From Candidatus Omnitrophota bacterium (GTDB lineage: Bacteria > Omnitrophota > Gorgyraeia > Aquiviventales > Aquiviventaceae): DNA of 64,000 nt. Under the pieces are notes generated by a model that worked only from the letters and a program-made list of their open reading frames with translations, was not told where the DNA came from and did not search any database. The position numbers were made by a program, and so were the translations under genes. The stretch is taken from NCBI GenBank assembly GCA_016198905.1, contig JACQHR010000032.1, forward strand, positions 74,390 to 138,389. The letters run 5' to 3'. Below are positions 1 through 7,953 of the stretch, piece by piece (the stretch's first letter is position 1; each line of letters opens with the position of its first letter).

Positions 1-323
1 ACGAGACACTGGTGAACCCGCAGGCGGACCTGCGCCGCGTGACGGAACAACTCTTGAGCCGGTTCTGGCTTGAGCCGACGCGGACCGAAGCCGAGGCGTG
101 GGGTGCTTGCCCATGGGAAGACGGGCTCGGGGCATTGAGCTATTCCATGGCATTTGCGCGACGGTATCGATGGAGAGATAGCGCCAAGGCATGGCTCGCA
201 GGGGAGCTGCCCTCCCATCACCGCGGGGCATGGCCGCACGGATCGCTGGTGCTCACGCCACAACCCCTTCGTCTAGCCGTGCGCCTGGCAACGGTTCTGT
301 CCTTGCGGAAGCCGCATGATTAG
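1..323 (+). CDS. 3' end of a gene entering from upstream (function unknown, partial)
   Basis: Frame is open from the window edge to TAG 321-323. It overlaps the next ATG (316) by 8 nt, as in a coupled operon. No motif recognised. Confidence 0.4.
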   Translation, partial: ETLVNPQADLRRVTEQLLSRFWLEPTRTEAEAWGACPWEDGLGALSYSMAFARRYRWRDSAKAWLAGELPSHHRGAWPHGSLVLTPQPLRLAVRLATVLSLRKPHD

Positions 324-1269
324 CGTCGCGGTCTGTACCTATAACCGCAGCGAAAGTCTGCGCGATACGCTGCGCTCCCTAAGCGCGCAGGTGATGACCG
401 CAGACGATTCGTTGGAAGTGATCGTGGTCGATAACAACAGCACCGATCGCACTGCGGCAGTCGTGCGCGAGGAAGCAGCGCGGATGCGCTGGCCGCTGCG
501 CTACGTGGTAGAGCCTCGGCAGGGCATTGCCTTTGCTCGGAATCTGGGGCTGCAGACCGCGCGCGGACACTACGTCGCGTTTATCGATGATGATGCCATC
601 GCCGATCCGCGGTGGATCGAGTCGCTGTCGCGCGGGATCGCCGACACCGGCGCGGACTTGATCGGCGGGCGGATCGACCCGTGCTGGCTAGCACCGCGGC
701 CGACGTGGCTGACCACGGAGTTGTGCGGTCCGATCACTGCGTTTGACTGCGGTCCGCAGCGGCACCGGTGCACGACGCGGTGCTCGCACGCCTTTCTGAC
801 GACGAATGTCGCCCTCAGGCGCGCGGCGGTTGGCGCGTACGGCCTGTTTGATGTTTCGCTGGGGCGGCGCGGGACGCGCTGGGTCGGAGGCGAGGACTTT
901 GAGCTGTTTCGTCGATGGCTGCGGCAGGGCGCGGCGATCGTGTATGAACCCTCGGCGCTGGTGCAGCACAAGGTGAGTCCGGAGCGGGTGACCCCCGCTT
1001 TCTACCGTCGCTGGTTTGAGGATATCGGTTACACCCAGGCGCATCAGCTTGAGGCAAAGTGGCACCACCGGCTGAGCGTCATGCCCGCCTGGCGCTGGAA
1101 GGCGCTGGCCCTTGCCGGCGCCCGCTACGCGCTGGCTCAAACGCTGGGCGCGCACGGCGCGGACCGGCGGCTGTGCGCCGAGTTGTGGTGGCGGTTTGAG
1201 CGGAGCTTCCTGCTCGAACGGTTGGATCACTGGAGAAGGCGAAAGAACTGCCGCTTCTCACAGGCGTAG
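316..1269 (+). CDS. Glycosyltransferase family 2 (GT-A fold)
   Basis: N-terminal ISVAVCTYNR, VVDNNSTDRT and AFIDDDA (DxD), the typical GT2 signature order. Confidence 0.9.
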   Translation: MISVAVCTYNRSESLRDTLRSLSAQVMTADDSLEVIVVDNNSTDRTAAVVREEAARMRWPLRYVVEPRQGIAFARNLGLQTARGHYVAFIDDDAIADPRWIESLSRGIADTGADLIGGRIDPCWLAPRPTWLTTELCGPITAFDCGPQRHRCTTRCSHAFLTTNVALRRAAVGAYGLFDVSLGRRGTRWVGGEDFELFRRWLRQGAAIVYEPSALVQHKVSPERVTPAFYRRWFEDIGYTQAHQLEAKWHHRLSVMPAWRWKALALAGARYALAQTLGAHGADRRLCAELWWRFERSFLLERLDHWRRRKNCRFSQA

Positions 1270-1272
1270 ATT

Positions 1273-1781
1273 CGTTTCACGTTTCAGGTTTCACGTTTCA
1301 CGTGACGGACGATGACAACCGTACAGCGATTTGAACAATTGGAAGCTTGGCAGAGAGCACGGGAACTTGCCCAAGAGGTTTATGCGATCACAGGGAAGGG
1401 TTCCTTTGCAAAGGATTTTATCCTCAGAGACCAAATTCGGCGAGCTGCGGTTTCGGTTGTCGCGAATATCGCAGAGGGATTTGAGCGCAGCGGCCGAGGT
1501 GAGTTCATCCAATTTCTTGCCGTGGCCAAGGGTTCAGTCGGAGAGTTGAGGTCGCATGTATACATTGCTCACGATCAGGGGTATCTCAGCAAGGCCGAGT
1601 TTGAGCGGTTAAGCGATCTCGCCATCCGGACCGCACAGTTGGTAGGCGGGCTGATGAATTATCTGAGAGGGTCTAGCATTAAAGGCACCAAGTTCAAGAA
1701 GGTTGTCGGACTGAGTGTTGTTTCCACGCGAGGCGACTTTGCCCAACGTGAAACCTGAAACGTGAAACGCGAAACGAAACG
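1273..1781 (+). repeat. E1: heptamer-armed palindromic cassette carrying a four-helix-bundle gene
   Basis: Left arm 1274-1304 is GTTTCAC GTTTCAG GTTTCAC GTTTCAC GTG. Right arm 1747-1781 is CGTGAAAC CTGAAAC GTGAAAC GCGAAAC GAAACG. 1273-1295 is a perfect 23-nt reverse complement of 1747-1769. The cassette starts 4 nt after the upstream TAG and ends at the ATG of the next GT2. Confidence 0.9.
1312..1758 (+). CDS. Four-helix-bundle protein (23S rRNA intervening-sequence protein / S23p family, TIGR02436-like)
   Basis: FEQLEAWQRARELAQEVY...RDQIRRAAVSVVANIAEGFERSG..EFIQFLAVAKGSVGELRSH matches the family hallmark (W-Q-A...ANIAEG...A.GS..E). The stop TGA lies inside the right arm of E1. Confidence 0.85.
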   Translation: MTTVQRFEQLEAWQRARELAQEVYAITGKGSFAKDFILRDQIRRAAVSVVANIAEGFERSGRGEFIQFLAVAKGSVGELRSHVYIAHDQGYLSKAEFERLSDLAIRTAQLVGGLMNYLRGSSIKGTKFKKVVGLSVVSTRGDFAQRET

Positions 1782-2732
1782 ATGAGCATGCCTGCACGTC
1801 CACTAGTAAGCGTGGTCATTCCAACGTTCAACCGCGCGGCGATGCTGCGCGAGGCGCTGGAGAGCGTCTTCCACCAAACGGTCAAGAGCTTCGAGGTGAT
1901 CGTGGTGGACGACGGCTCCACGGATGACACGTCCCGCGTCGTGAAAAGCTTCGCGCACGGCATCGTCTATCTGCGGCAAGAAAACCAAGGGGTCGCGGCG
2001 GCGCGCAATAGCGGCATCAAGGCGGCGAAGGGCCGGTACATCGCCTTTCTGGACTCGGATGACCTGTGGCTGCCGCATAAGCTGGAGCGGCAGATCGACT
2101 ACCTGCGAGCGCATCCGGACGTCGGCCTGCTGTACGCGCGCATGTGGTCCTACCGCACGGAGACACCCCAGGAGCGCCGCCTGGATCCGCACGTGGTGGC
2201 GCGGACATTTGCGGATCTGGTCAACGGCCCCAATGCCATCACGACCTCGACGGTTATGATGAGACGCGAATGTGTGCAGGTCGTGGGCCTGTTCAACCCG
2301 GCGCTGCGCGGGACCGAGGATCACGAGTTTTGGCTGCGGGTCGCGAGGCGGTTTTCCATCGCGTTTCTTGATGAACCGCTGGCCGAATACCGGCGCCACG
2401 GCAAGAGCATCAATGGCGATCCCATCGGCCTGTACGACGCCTACCGGAGGCTCTATGAGATCATCTGGCGAGAGTACCGCCGGGAGTTGCGCGATCCTCG
2501 CGCCGCCGAGCGGCAACTCGCCAAGTTCGAGTACCTCTGCGGCACCACGGCGCTGAAGCGCGGCGACCGTCGACGGGCGCTGAAGCTCATCCGCACGGCC
2601 TTAGCCCGTGATGCGGCGCTGGGGCAGCAGTTCGTGAAGAAAGACACGCCCTGGCACGTGAAAGTCTGGCTGCCGATCAAGCCCTACGCGGCGTTGACGG
2701 TGAGCGCCCTGCAGACGCTTGGGAGGAACTAA
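1782..2732 (+). CDS. Glycosyltransferase family 2
   Basis: VSVVIPTFNR, VVDDGSTDDT, AFLDSDD. The ATG directly abuts E1's right arm. Confidence 0.9.
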   Translation: MSMPARPLVSVVIPTFNRAAMLREALESVFHQTVKSFEVIVVDDGSTDDTSRVVKSFAHGIVYLRQENQGVAAARNSGIKAAKGRYIAFLDSDDLWLPHKLERQIDYLRAHPDVGLLYARMWSYRTETPQERRLDPHVVARTFADLVNGPNAITTSTVMMRRECVQVVGLFNPALRGTEDHEFWLRVARRFSIAFLDEPLAEYRRHGKSINGDPIGLYDAYRRLYEIIWREYRRELRDPRAAERQLAKFEYLCGTTALKRGDRRRALKLIRTALARDAALGQQFVKKDTPWHVKVWLPIKPYAALTVSALQTLGRN

Positions 2733-2740
2733 AGAAGTGA

Positions 2741-3175
2741 CTACGAGAGGACAAACGCGGACAGCAAATACACAAACGGCAACGCGGCCATCCGTCGCTG
2801 CAGGCGCTCATCAGCCGTGACGAAGGGGATGCCGAGTTCCTGAGCGAGGGCTGCGAAGCTGGCATCGTAGAAGGACGCATCGTACGCGTCGGCGAGCTCG
2901 GAGGCGAGCATAGCTTGAGGCAAGGTCAACGGATGAATCGCAACGTTCAGGCTGAAGAACTCAGTAAGAATATCCAACGCGGTACGCCGAGGCATCGGCG
3001 GCCGCAGGTAACGCAGAGCATTTCCCAGTTCGTAGAGACTCAGTGTGGGGACGTGCAGCGTCCGCTTACCGCCGGCGTGTTCGAGCAGGAGTCGTTCGGC
3101 GCGCTGAAACTCAGGCTCCCGTGGCTTGACGTAGCACTTGAGGATGACCGAGGTGTCGACTACGACGTCTTCCAT
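2741..3175 (-). CDS. vapC: PIN-domain toxin VapC
   Basis: MEDVVVDTSVILK (N-terminal acidic D), later YDASF and a C-terminal TAD motif. Overlaps the upstream antitoxin gene by 16 nt. Confidence 0.85.
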   Translation of the reverse strand: MEDVVVDTSVILKCYVKPREPEFQRAERLLLEHAGGKRTLHVPTLSLYELGNALRYLRPPMPRRTALDILTEFFSLNVAIHPLTLPQAMLASELADAYDASFYDASFAALAQELGIPFVTADERLQRRMAALPFVYLLSAFVLS

Positions 3176-3441
3176 GCAGAGCCATACCGGGTGTCTCGCA
3201 GCCGGCGGATGAGCGAAGCGCTCGTCTGGCCTTTAGGCAACCGGAGGTTCGCCCCCAGGATTCGCTTCGCAGCTTGCTGCATGGCCTTTCGAGCGCTCGG
3301 CAGGGGTGGGGTCACCCGAATCGCGACATATGTGCGAATCGCCTCACGCACCAACTCGCTGCGGCTGCGATGTTCCGCGCGGGCCAAGGCATCAACATCG
3401 TGCAAGAAGTTCCGAGGCAACGACACCATCACTTTGCTCAT
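3160..3441 (-). CDS. vapB: Ribbon-helix-helix (CopG/VapB-type) antitoxin
   Basis: MSKVMVSLPRNFLHDVDALARAEHRSRSELVREAIRTYV is an RHH fold pattern. AGGAGG lies about 7 nt upstream of this internal ATG (the track ORF begins earlier, at 3534). Confidence 0.75.
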   Translation of the reverse strand: MSKVMVSLPRNFLHDVDALARAEHRSRSELVREAIRTYVAIRVTPPLPSARKAMQQAAKRILGANLRLPKGQTSASLIRRLRDTRYGSAWKTS

Positions 3442-3523
3442 GAGCAGGTCCTCCTGTGACTGGATCAAGCGTACCATGGCAGGCAATCCAAAGGCAATAC
3501 AAAAGACATACACGACGGCTCGG

Positions 3524-3586
3524 CTGCCGATCAAACCGTATGCGGCGTTGACGGTGAGCGCGCTACAGGCGATAGGGAAGAACTGA
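3524..3586 (+). repeat. Orphan 63-nt copy of the GT2 3' end (duplicate of 2670-2732)
   Basis: Encodes LPIKPYAALTVSALQAIGKN* versus LPIKPYAALTVSALQTLGRN* at 2670-2732. Differences are 5 synonymous codon changes, 3 conservative replacements and a stop-to-stop change. Confidence 0.85.
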
Positions 3587-3608
3587 AATGAGAATAGTGG
3601 AGAGCCAG

Positions 3609-3872
3609 TTACTGAAGAAACCGATAGACGTCCTTGCGCGGGCCGACTTTCAAGAGGACGACCGCTCGGTCACGATCGAGGATGTCGTACAGGACGCGGT
3701 AGGCCCCGACGCGGATGCGCCAGCACATGACGCGGCCCTTCAGCTTCTTGCATCCGGGAGGACGAGGGTCATAACGCAGGTGTTCGATCGCTTCCCGCAA
3801 GGCAGGGACCACATGCGTAGGCAGGTTGTCGAGCTCGCGCTCAACGCGGCGAGGAGTGTGGACGACCCACAT
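3609..3872 (-). CDS. RelE/ParE-family type II toxin
   Basis: 87 aa. The pattern ...KKLKGRVMCWRIRVGAYRVLYDILDRDRAVVLLKVGPRKDVY is typical of RelE/ParE. The gene directly abuts the antitoxin gene. Confidence 0.8.
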   Translation of the reverse strand: MWVVHTPRRVERELDNLPTHVVPALREAIEHLRYDPRPPGCKKLKGRVMCWRIRVGAYRVLYDILDRDRAVVLLKVGPRKDVYRFLQ

Positions 3873-4145
3873 TCAGCGGCGGGAGGGCCTCAGCGCTTTG
3901 GAGCGACCGGCACGATAGTCGCGTCGCGCCTCGGCAACTTCTTGTGCGAGCTCCTCATCCGTTTCATCCAGGCGGTCTTCCAGGTCGCTCATGAGCTGCT
4001 CGTACAGTTCCATCGACAGCAGCGCGGCGACTGCGCGTCCGCTCTTTGTGACAAAACACGGCACATGTTCTTTATGCAGCGACTTCAGCACACTCGAAAA
4101 GTGGCTGCGCACATCACTCGCAGGCAGAATTTTGATCGTCATCAC
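3873..4145 (-). CDS. Phd/YefM-family antitoxin
   Basis: 90 aa. MMTIKILPASDVRSHFSSVLKSL..EHVPCFVTKSGRAVAALLSMELYEQL is a Phd/YefM N-domain. AGGAGGTGAG RBS lies upstream on the minus strand. Confidence 0.8.
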   Translation of the reverse strand: MMTIKILPASDVRSHFSSVLKSLHKEHVPCFVTKSGRAVAALLSMELYEQLMSDLEDRLDETDEELAQEVAEARRDYRAGRSKALRPSRR

Positions 4146-4156
4146 GTCTCACCTCC

Positions 4157-4186
4157 TGTACAGAATATAGCACATGATACTGTGCA
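4157..4186 (-). promoter_or_regulatory. Possible operator/promoter palindrome of the Phd-RelE operon
   Basis: TGTACAG-N16-CTGTGCA imperfect inverted repeat in an AT-rich stretch just upstream of the antitoxin RBS. Confidence 0.3.
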
Positions 4187-4369
4187 ATTAAATGGCCTAT
4201 TTCTGAGGGACGCACGGCTGATTCATTGGGTGGTGACGCGCGACTCACGTATCCCGGAATCGTTTCGATCCCTCGACTCGCACCACCCCGCCTCGGCGGG
4301 GTGGGCTCGCTCGGGATTCCGCCCCACGGGCGAAGAGAAAGGGACCACGGGGTCTGCCCGTGGGGCTCC

Positions 4370-4717
4370 ATGAACGCGCTGTCAGACGCGCGGCCGTGGG
4401 GCCGATGGGAGATTCTCGCGACGGGCAGAGGCTGGCAAGTGAAGCGCCTGACGGTGAAGTCGGGCAAACGGTTGAGCCTGCAGTTTCATCGCCATCGCAG
4501 CGAGTACTGGGTGGTTGTCGCGGGACAGGGTCTGTTGACGCTGGGCAAGCGCACGATCCGGATCGCGCGCGGCTCAACGGCCCATATTCCGATCGGCATG
4601 GTGCATCGCGTGCAGAACACGGGACGCGAACTGTTGCAGATCATTGAAGTGCAGATGGGCCGTCGGATTGCCGAGCGCGACATCGTGCGGTTGGCCGACG
4701 ACTTCGGCCGAGTCTAA
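4370..4717 (+). CDS. Cupin-domain protein (phosphomannose-isomerase type II C-terminal-like)
   Basis: RPWGRWEIL...KRLTVKSGKRLSLQFHRHRSEYWVVV.G......H.IP.G..HR..N is the cupin/MPI motif. Internal ATG chosen at 4370; the region upstream is hairpin-rich non-coding sequence. Confidence 0.75.
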   Translation: MNALSDARPWGRWEILATGRGWQVKRLTVKSGKRLSLQFHRHRSEYWVVVAGQGLLTLGKRTIRIARGSTAHIPIGMVHRVQNTGRELLQIIEVQMGRRIAERDIVRLADDFGRV

Positions 4718-4871
4718 GGAGGCATAATGCGTTCTGGAAACTCATCTCGCGGCAAGGTAGGTCCCGTGTCCCCGGGACTCCCTTTGCTCGTTTCGAGCAG
4801 ACACTCAGAGGTCTGCTCGATCCAGAGAGGCAACCTTGATCGAGAACGACACAAATAGAGGAGGAACGAAC

Positions 4872-5665
4872 ATGTCATTCGTGAACAAGGTACGCGCAAC
4901 ACTACGGGTCGGCGGCACGACCATGTCCTACTTGACCTACAAAGCAATGACGCGTCCACAGGAAGCCAGAGCGTTCTTTCGGGACGTGGCCGATGCGGTG
5001 ACCGAATTTCCGACGCGCTCGCGGAAGCAATTGCGCACGCCAACATTGCCGTCCGTGTCGCTCGACCGCATCTGCCCGGATATCTCGTCGGTTCAGCTGA
5101 CTATTCGACCCCACATTCCTCGCGCGCACGAACTCACTGAGGCCGAATACCTCTCCATGGCCGCGCTGATCGCTTATTACCGTCCGCGCGCGATCTTTGA
5201 GATCGGGACGAATCGCGGTCGAACGACGCGGCTCATGGCTGAGGGAGCTCCCGCGTCGGCGAAAGTCTACACGCTTGATCTTCCGCCGGAGCGCATGAAC
5301 GAAAGCGGCTGTTTTCCGGAGGCGAATGGCGCGCTCATCGGGGAAGCGTTTCGGGATGCGCCCTGCCACACAAAGATCACTCAACTCTACGGTGATAGTC
5401 GGACGTTCGACTTTCGACCGTTCGCCGGAACGATGGATTTCATCTTCATTGACGGCGACCACAGCTATGAGGGCGTCAAGAGCGACACCGCGCATGCGTT
5501 CGAAATCATCTCTCGGGGGGGGTGATCATTTGGGATGACTACCATCCTGTGTATGGCCCCGGCGTGATGCAGTATCTTGAAGAGCTGGCGGCGACACTTC
5601 CGCTGCAGCACATTGGCAATTCGCGGTTTGTCTGGTATCGCGTCCCTGAGGGTCAGACGCCTTGA
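4872..5665 (+). pseudogene. Class I SAM-dependent methyltransferase, reading frame broken at a G8 run
   Basis: GGAGG RBS before ATG 4872. IFEIGTNRGRTT, VYTLDL and FIFIDGDHSY motifs. The frame stops at 5523-5525 right after G8 (5515-5522). The frame starting at 5522 continues VIIWDDYHPVYGPGVMQYLEEL...WYRVPEGQTP* to 5665. Confidence 0.7.
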
Positions 5666-5672
5666 AGCCAAG

Positions 5673-6986
5673 ATGAGCCACCCGACCGCTACCTCACAGC
5701 CGCACCGAACCGGACGACCGATCCGAGTGGGCTATTTTCTCCGAAGCACGGGATTCGGAGGAATGGAGCGGTATCTCATTGTCGTGTTACAGCGACTCGA
5801 TCGAAAGGCGATAGAGCCCATCCTATTCCTCCACACCACCAGTGATTCTCCGCGCGAGCAGTTGCTGCAGACCTTTGCCGACTTGCGCGTCCCAGTCTTC
5901 GAGATTGACCAACGAGGAGTACCGGTGATCGAAACGAACGGCCATGATCAGAGCCATCGCCGGAAAACGCCTCAAGCCGAAGCATCAGTGCAAACCGCTT
6001 CAGGCTTCGGATCGGCCATCACAGTTGCGAAGACGCTCTGGTGGTACTGGGCGTGCATTCGCCGGACGGCTCGCTCTCTTCGACCGCATCGTCTCGATGC
6101 GGTCCACTTTGTCGCTGGATGGTTTCCGTGCTTTGAGCTTGCGGTGCTCGGCAGCCAACTGGCAGGAATTCCTGTCCGGCTCGTCGACGTCATACAGGAA
6201 CCCTACGATTTGGCGTTGCTCGAACCAGAACGGCGATGGATCGTGCGTCTTGCGGGGCGCAGCGCCACGCACGTTCGCGCCATGAACCAGCAGATGCGCC
6301 GCCAACTCGAAACACAGTACGGCATTGCCGCGCGAAAAGTCCACGTGTTGAAAGGCGTCATTGATCTTGAGCGATTTTTCGAAAGCGACAACTCACCTGC
6401 AAGCGACGTGCGAACGTCGCTGGGATTGTCTCTGGATGCGCGCCTGGTAGCGACGTTAGGACGCTTGGGGGAATACAAAGGCAACGATCTCTTCTTGCAG
6501 GCGATTCAGGCGTTGCAGGAGCGGTTTCCCCAGGTGCACTACTTGATCATCGGAGACGGGCCGTTGCGTCACGAGCTACAGGCGCAAGCCAGTCAACTGG
6601 GCCTCAGCCGTCAGGTCCATTTTCTGGGATGGCACGACGACATTCCGCTTCTCTTGCGAGCCGCGGATCTTTTCGTGATGCCTTCGATGAAAGAAGGCGG
6701 GCCATACGTGGTGGTGGAAGCCATGGCATCCGGCACGCCTGTCATTGCCACCGATGTCGGGTTTGTCCGTGAGGTGATGCAGGAGAGGACGACGGGTCGA
6801 ATCGTGCGGTCTGGCAGCGTTGAAGATTTGGTTGCTGCGATGACGGACTTACTCGAGGCGGATCCATCTGTATTGAAACGCATGGGACTTGCTGCGCGGG
6901 AACATGTGCGCACCACGATCTTGCCAGAGCCGTGGTTTGAGCGCTTGCTGAGCATTTATAGCCGGATCACCCCGGGGGTTTCTTGA
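5673..6986 (+). CDS. Glycosyltransferase family 4 (GT-B)
   Basis: C-terminal MPSMKEGGPYVVVEAMASGTPVIATDVG (EX7E region). Start placed at internal ATG 5673 (MSHPTATS), 7 nt after the methyltransferase stop. Confidence 0.85.
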   Translation: MSHPTATSQPHRTGRPIRVGYFLRSTGFGGMERYLIVVLQRLDRKAIEPILFLHTTSDSPREQLLQTFADLRVPVFEIDQRGVPVIETNGHDQSHRRKTPQAEASVQTASGFGSAITVAKTLWWYWACIRRTARSLRPHRLDAVHFVAGWFPCFELAVLGSQLAGIPVRLVDVIQEPYDLALLEPERRWIVRLAGRSATHVRAMNQQMRRQLETQYGIAARKVHVLKGVIDLERFFESDNSPASDVRTSLGLSLDARLVATLGRLGEYKGNDLFLQAIQALQERFPQVHYLIIGDGPLRHELQAQASQLGLSRQVHFLGWHDDIPLLLRAADLFVMPSMKEGGPYVVVEAMASGTPVIATDVGFVREVMQERTTGRIVRSGSVEDLVAAMTDLLEADPSVLKRMGLAAREHVRTTILPEPWFERLLSIYSRITPGVS

Positions 6987-6987
6987 C

Positions 6988-7953
6988 ATGAAGCATTCGG
7001 CGATGCCCCAGGTGAGCGTCATCATCCCCGCCTATCGCTGCGGCCGGTATCTTGGTGCGGCGCTTGCGTCCGTGTTCGCCCAAACGTATCAGACACTTGA
7101 CGTGATCGTGGTCGATGGCTCACCGCAGGAGCACGAGGAGATCTTGAAGCCGTATGCAGATCGCATCCGGCGCATCGTCCGCGAGCCGAAGGGCGTGTCG
7201 GCGGCGCGCAACGTGGGGATTCGGGAAGCGCGGGGCGAGTTCATCGCGTTCCTCGACGGTGATGATACCTGGTTACCGCAGAAGCTCGAGCGGCAGATGG
7301 CGATCTTCGAGCGCTGGCCGGATATCGCCATCGTCTTTACACGCATTGAAGACATCGATGCGCAGGGATGCGCCAAACCGGCGGCGCGCGCCGTTCCTCA
7401 AGGGCCGCATCCGTTCGGCGACTGGATCACCGAGTGCGCAACACACGATCCATGCGTCAGCGTCGGGTCAATCCACCGGACGCTTTTGAAGAACAACTAC
7501 ATCCCGACGTCTTCCGTGCTTGCGCGCCGCGACGCGCTCATCGATGCGGGCCTATTCAACGAGCAGATTCCCGTGTGCGAAGACTACGACGTGTGGCTGC
7601 GCGTGACACGGCGGCATCCGGTGGCGTATCTCAACGACGTGACCGCGCAGTACCGCGTGCGGGAAGATGGGCTCTCCGGCTCAGAGGCGGTGCGCGTCTT
7701 CCGCTGGAAGGAATGGAATGCCCGCGTGCTCGAGGCGCAGTTGGGGACCGTCCCCAATGCTCTGAAACCGATGGTGACCGAAAAGCTCGTCACGCGCTAT
7801 CGGGATGCCGGCTGGTATTGCCTGCGGCACGGACAGATTCGGCAGGCCCGGCAGCTCTTCGGCCTGTCGCTGCGGTATCGGTGGCATCAGCCGAACGCGT
7901 TAGCGGGCTTTGTCGCCTCAACATTGATCCCATCGAAGGTGAACGGTTCATGA
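6988..7953 (+). CDS. Glycosyltransferase family 2
   Basis: VSVIIPAYRC, VVDGSPQEH, AFLDGDD. ATG lies 1 nt after the preceding stop. Confidence 0.9.
   Translation: MKHSAMPQVSVIIPAYRCGRYLGAALASVFAQTYQTLDVIVVDGSPQEHEEILKPYADRIRRIVREPKGVSAARNVGIREARGEFIAFLDGDDTWLPQKLERQMAIFERWPDIAIVFTRIEDIDAQGCAKPAARAVPQGPHPFGDWITECATHDPCVSVGSIHRTLLKNNYIPTSSVLARRDALIDAGLFNEQIPVCEDYDVWLRVTRRHPVAYLNDVTAQYRVREDGLSGSEAVRVFRWKEWNARVLEAQLGTVPNALKPMVTEKLVTRYRDAGWYCLRHGQIRQARQLFGLSLRYRWHQPNALAGFVASTLIPSKVNGS

Noticed and set aside
2915-4373. Plus-strand ORFs 2915-3586 (223 aa) and 3588-4373 (261 aa) running across the toxin-antitoxin island.
   Set aside because: They are antisense to four compact, well-supported TA genes. 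Only the last 20 codons of 2915-3586 are meaningful, as the orphan GT2 3' copy (reported separately).
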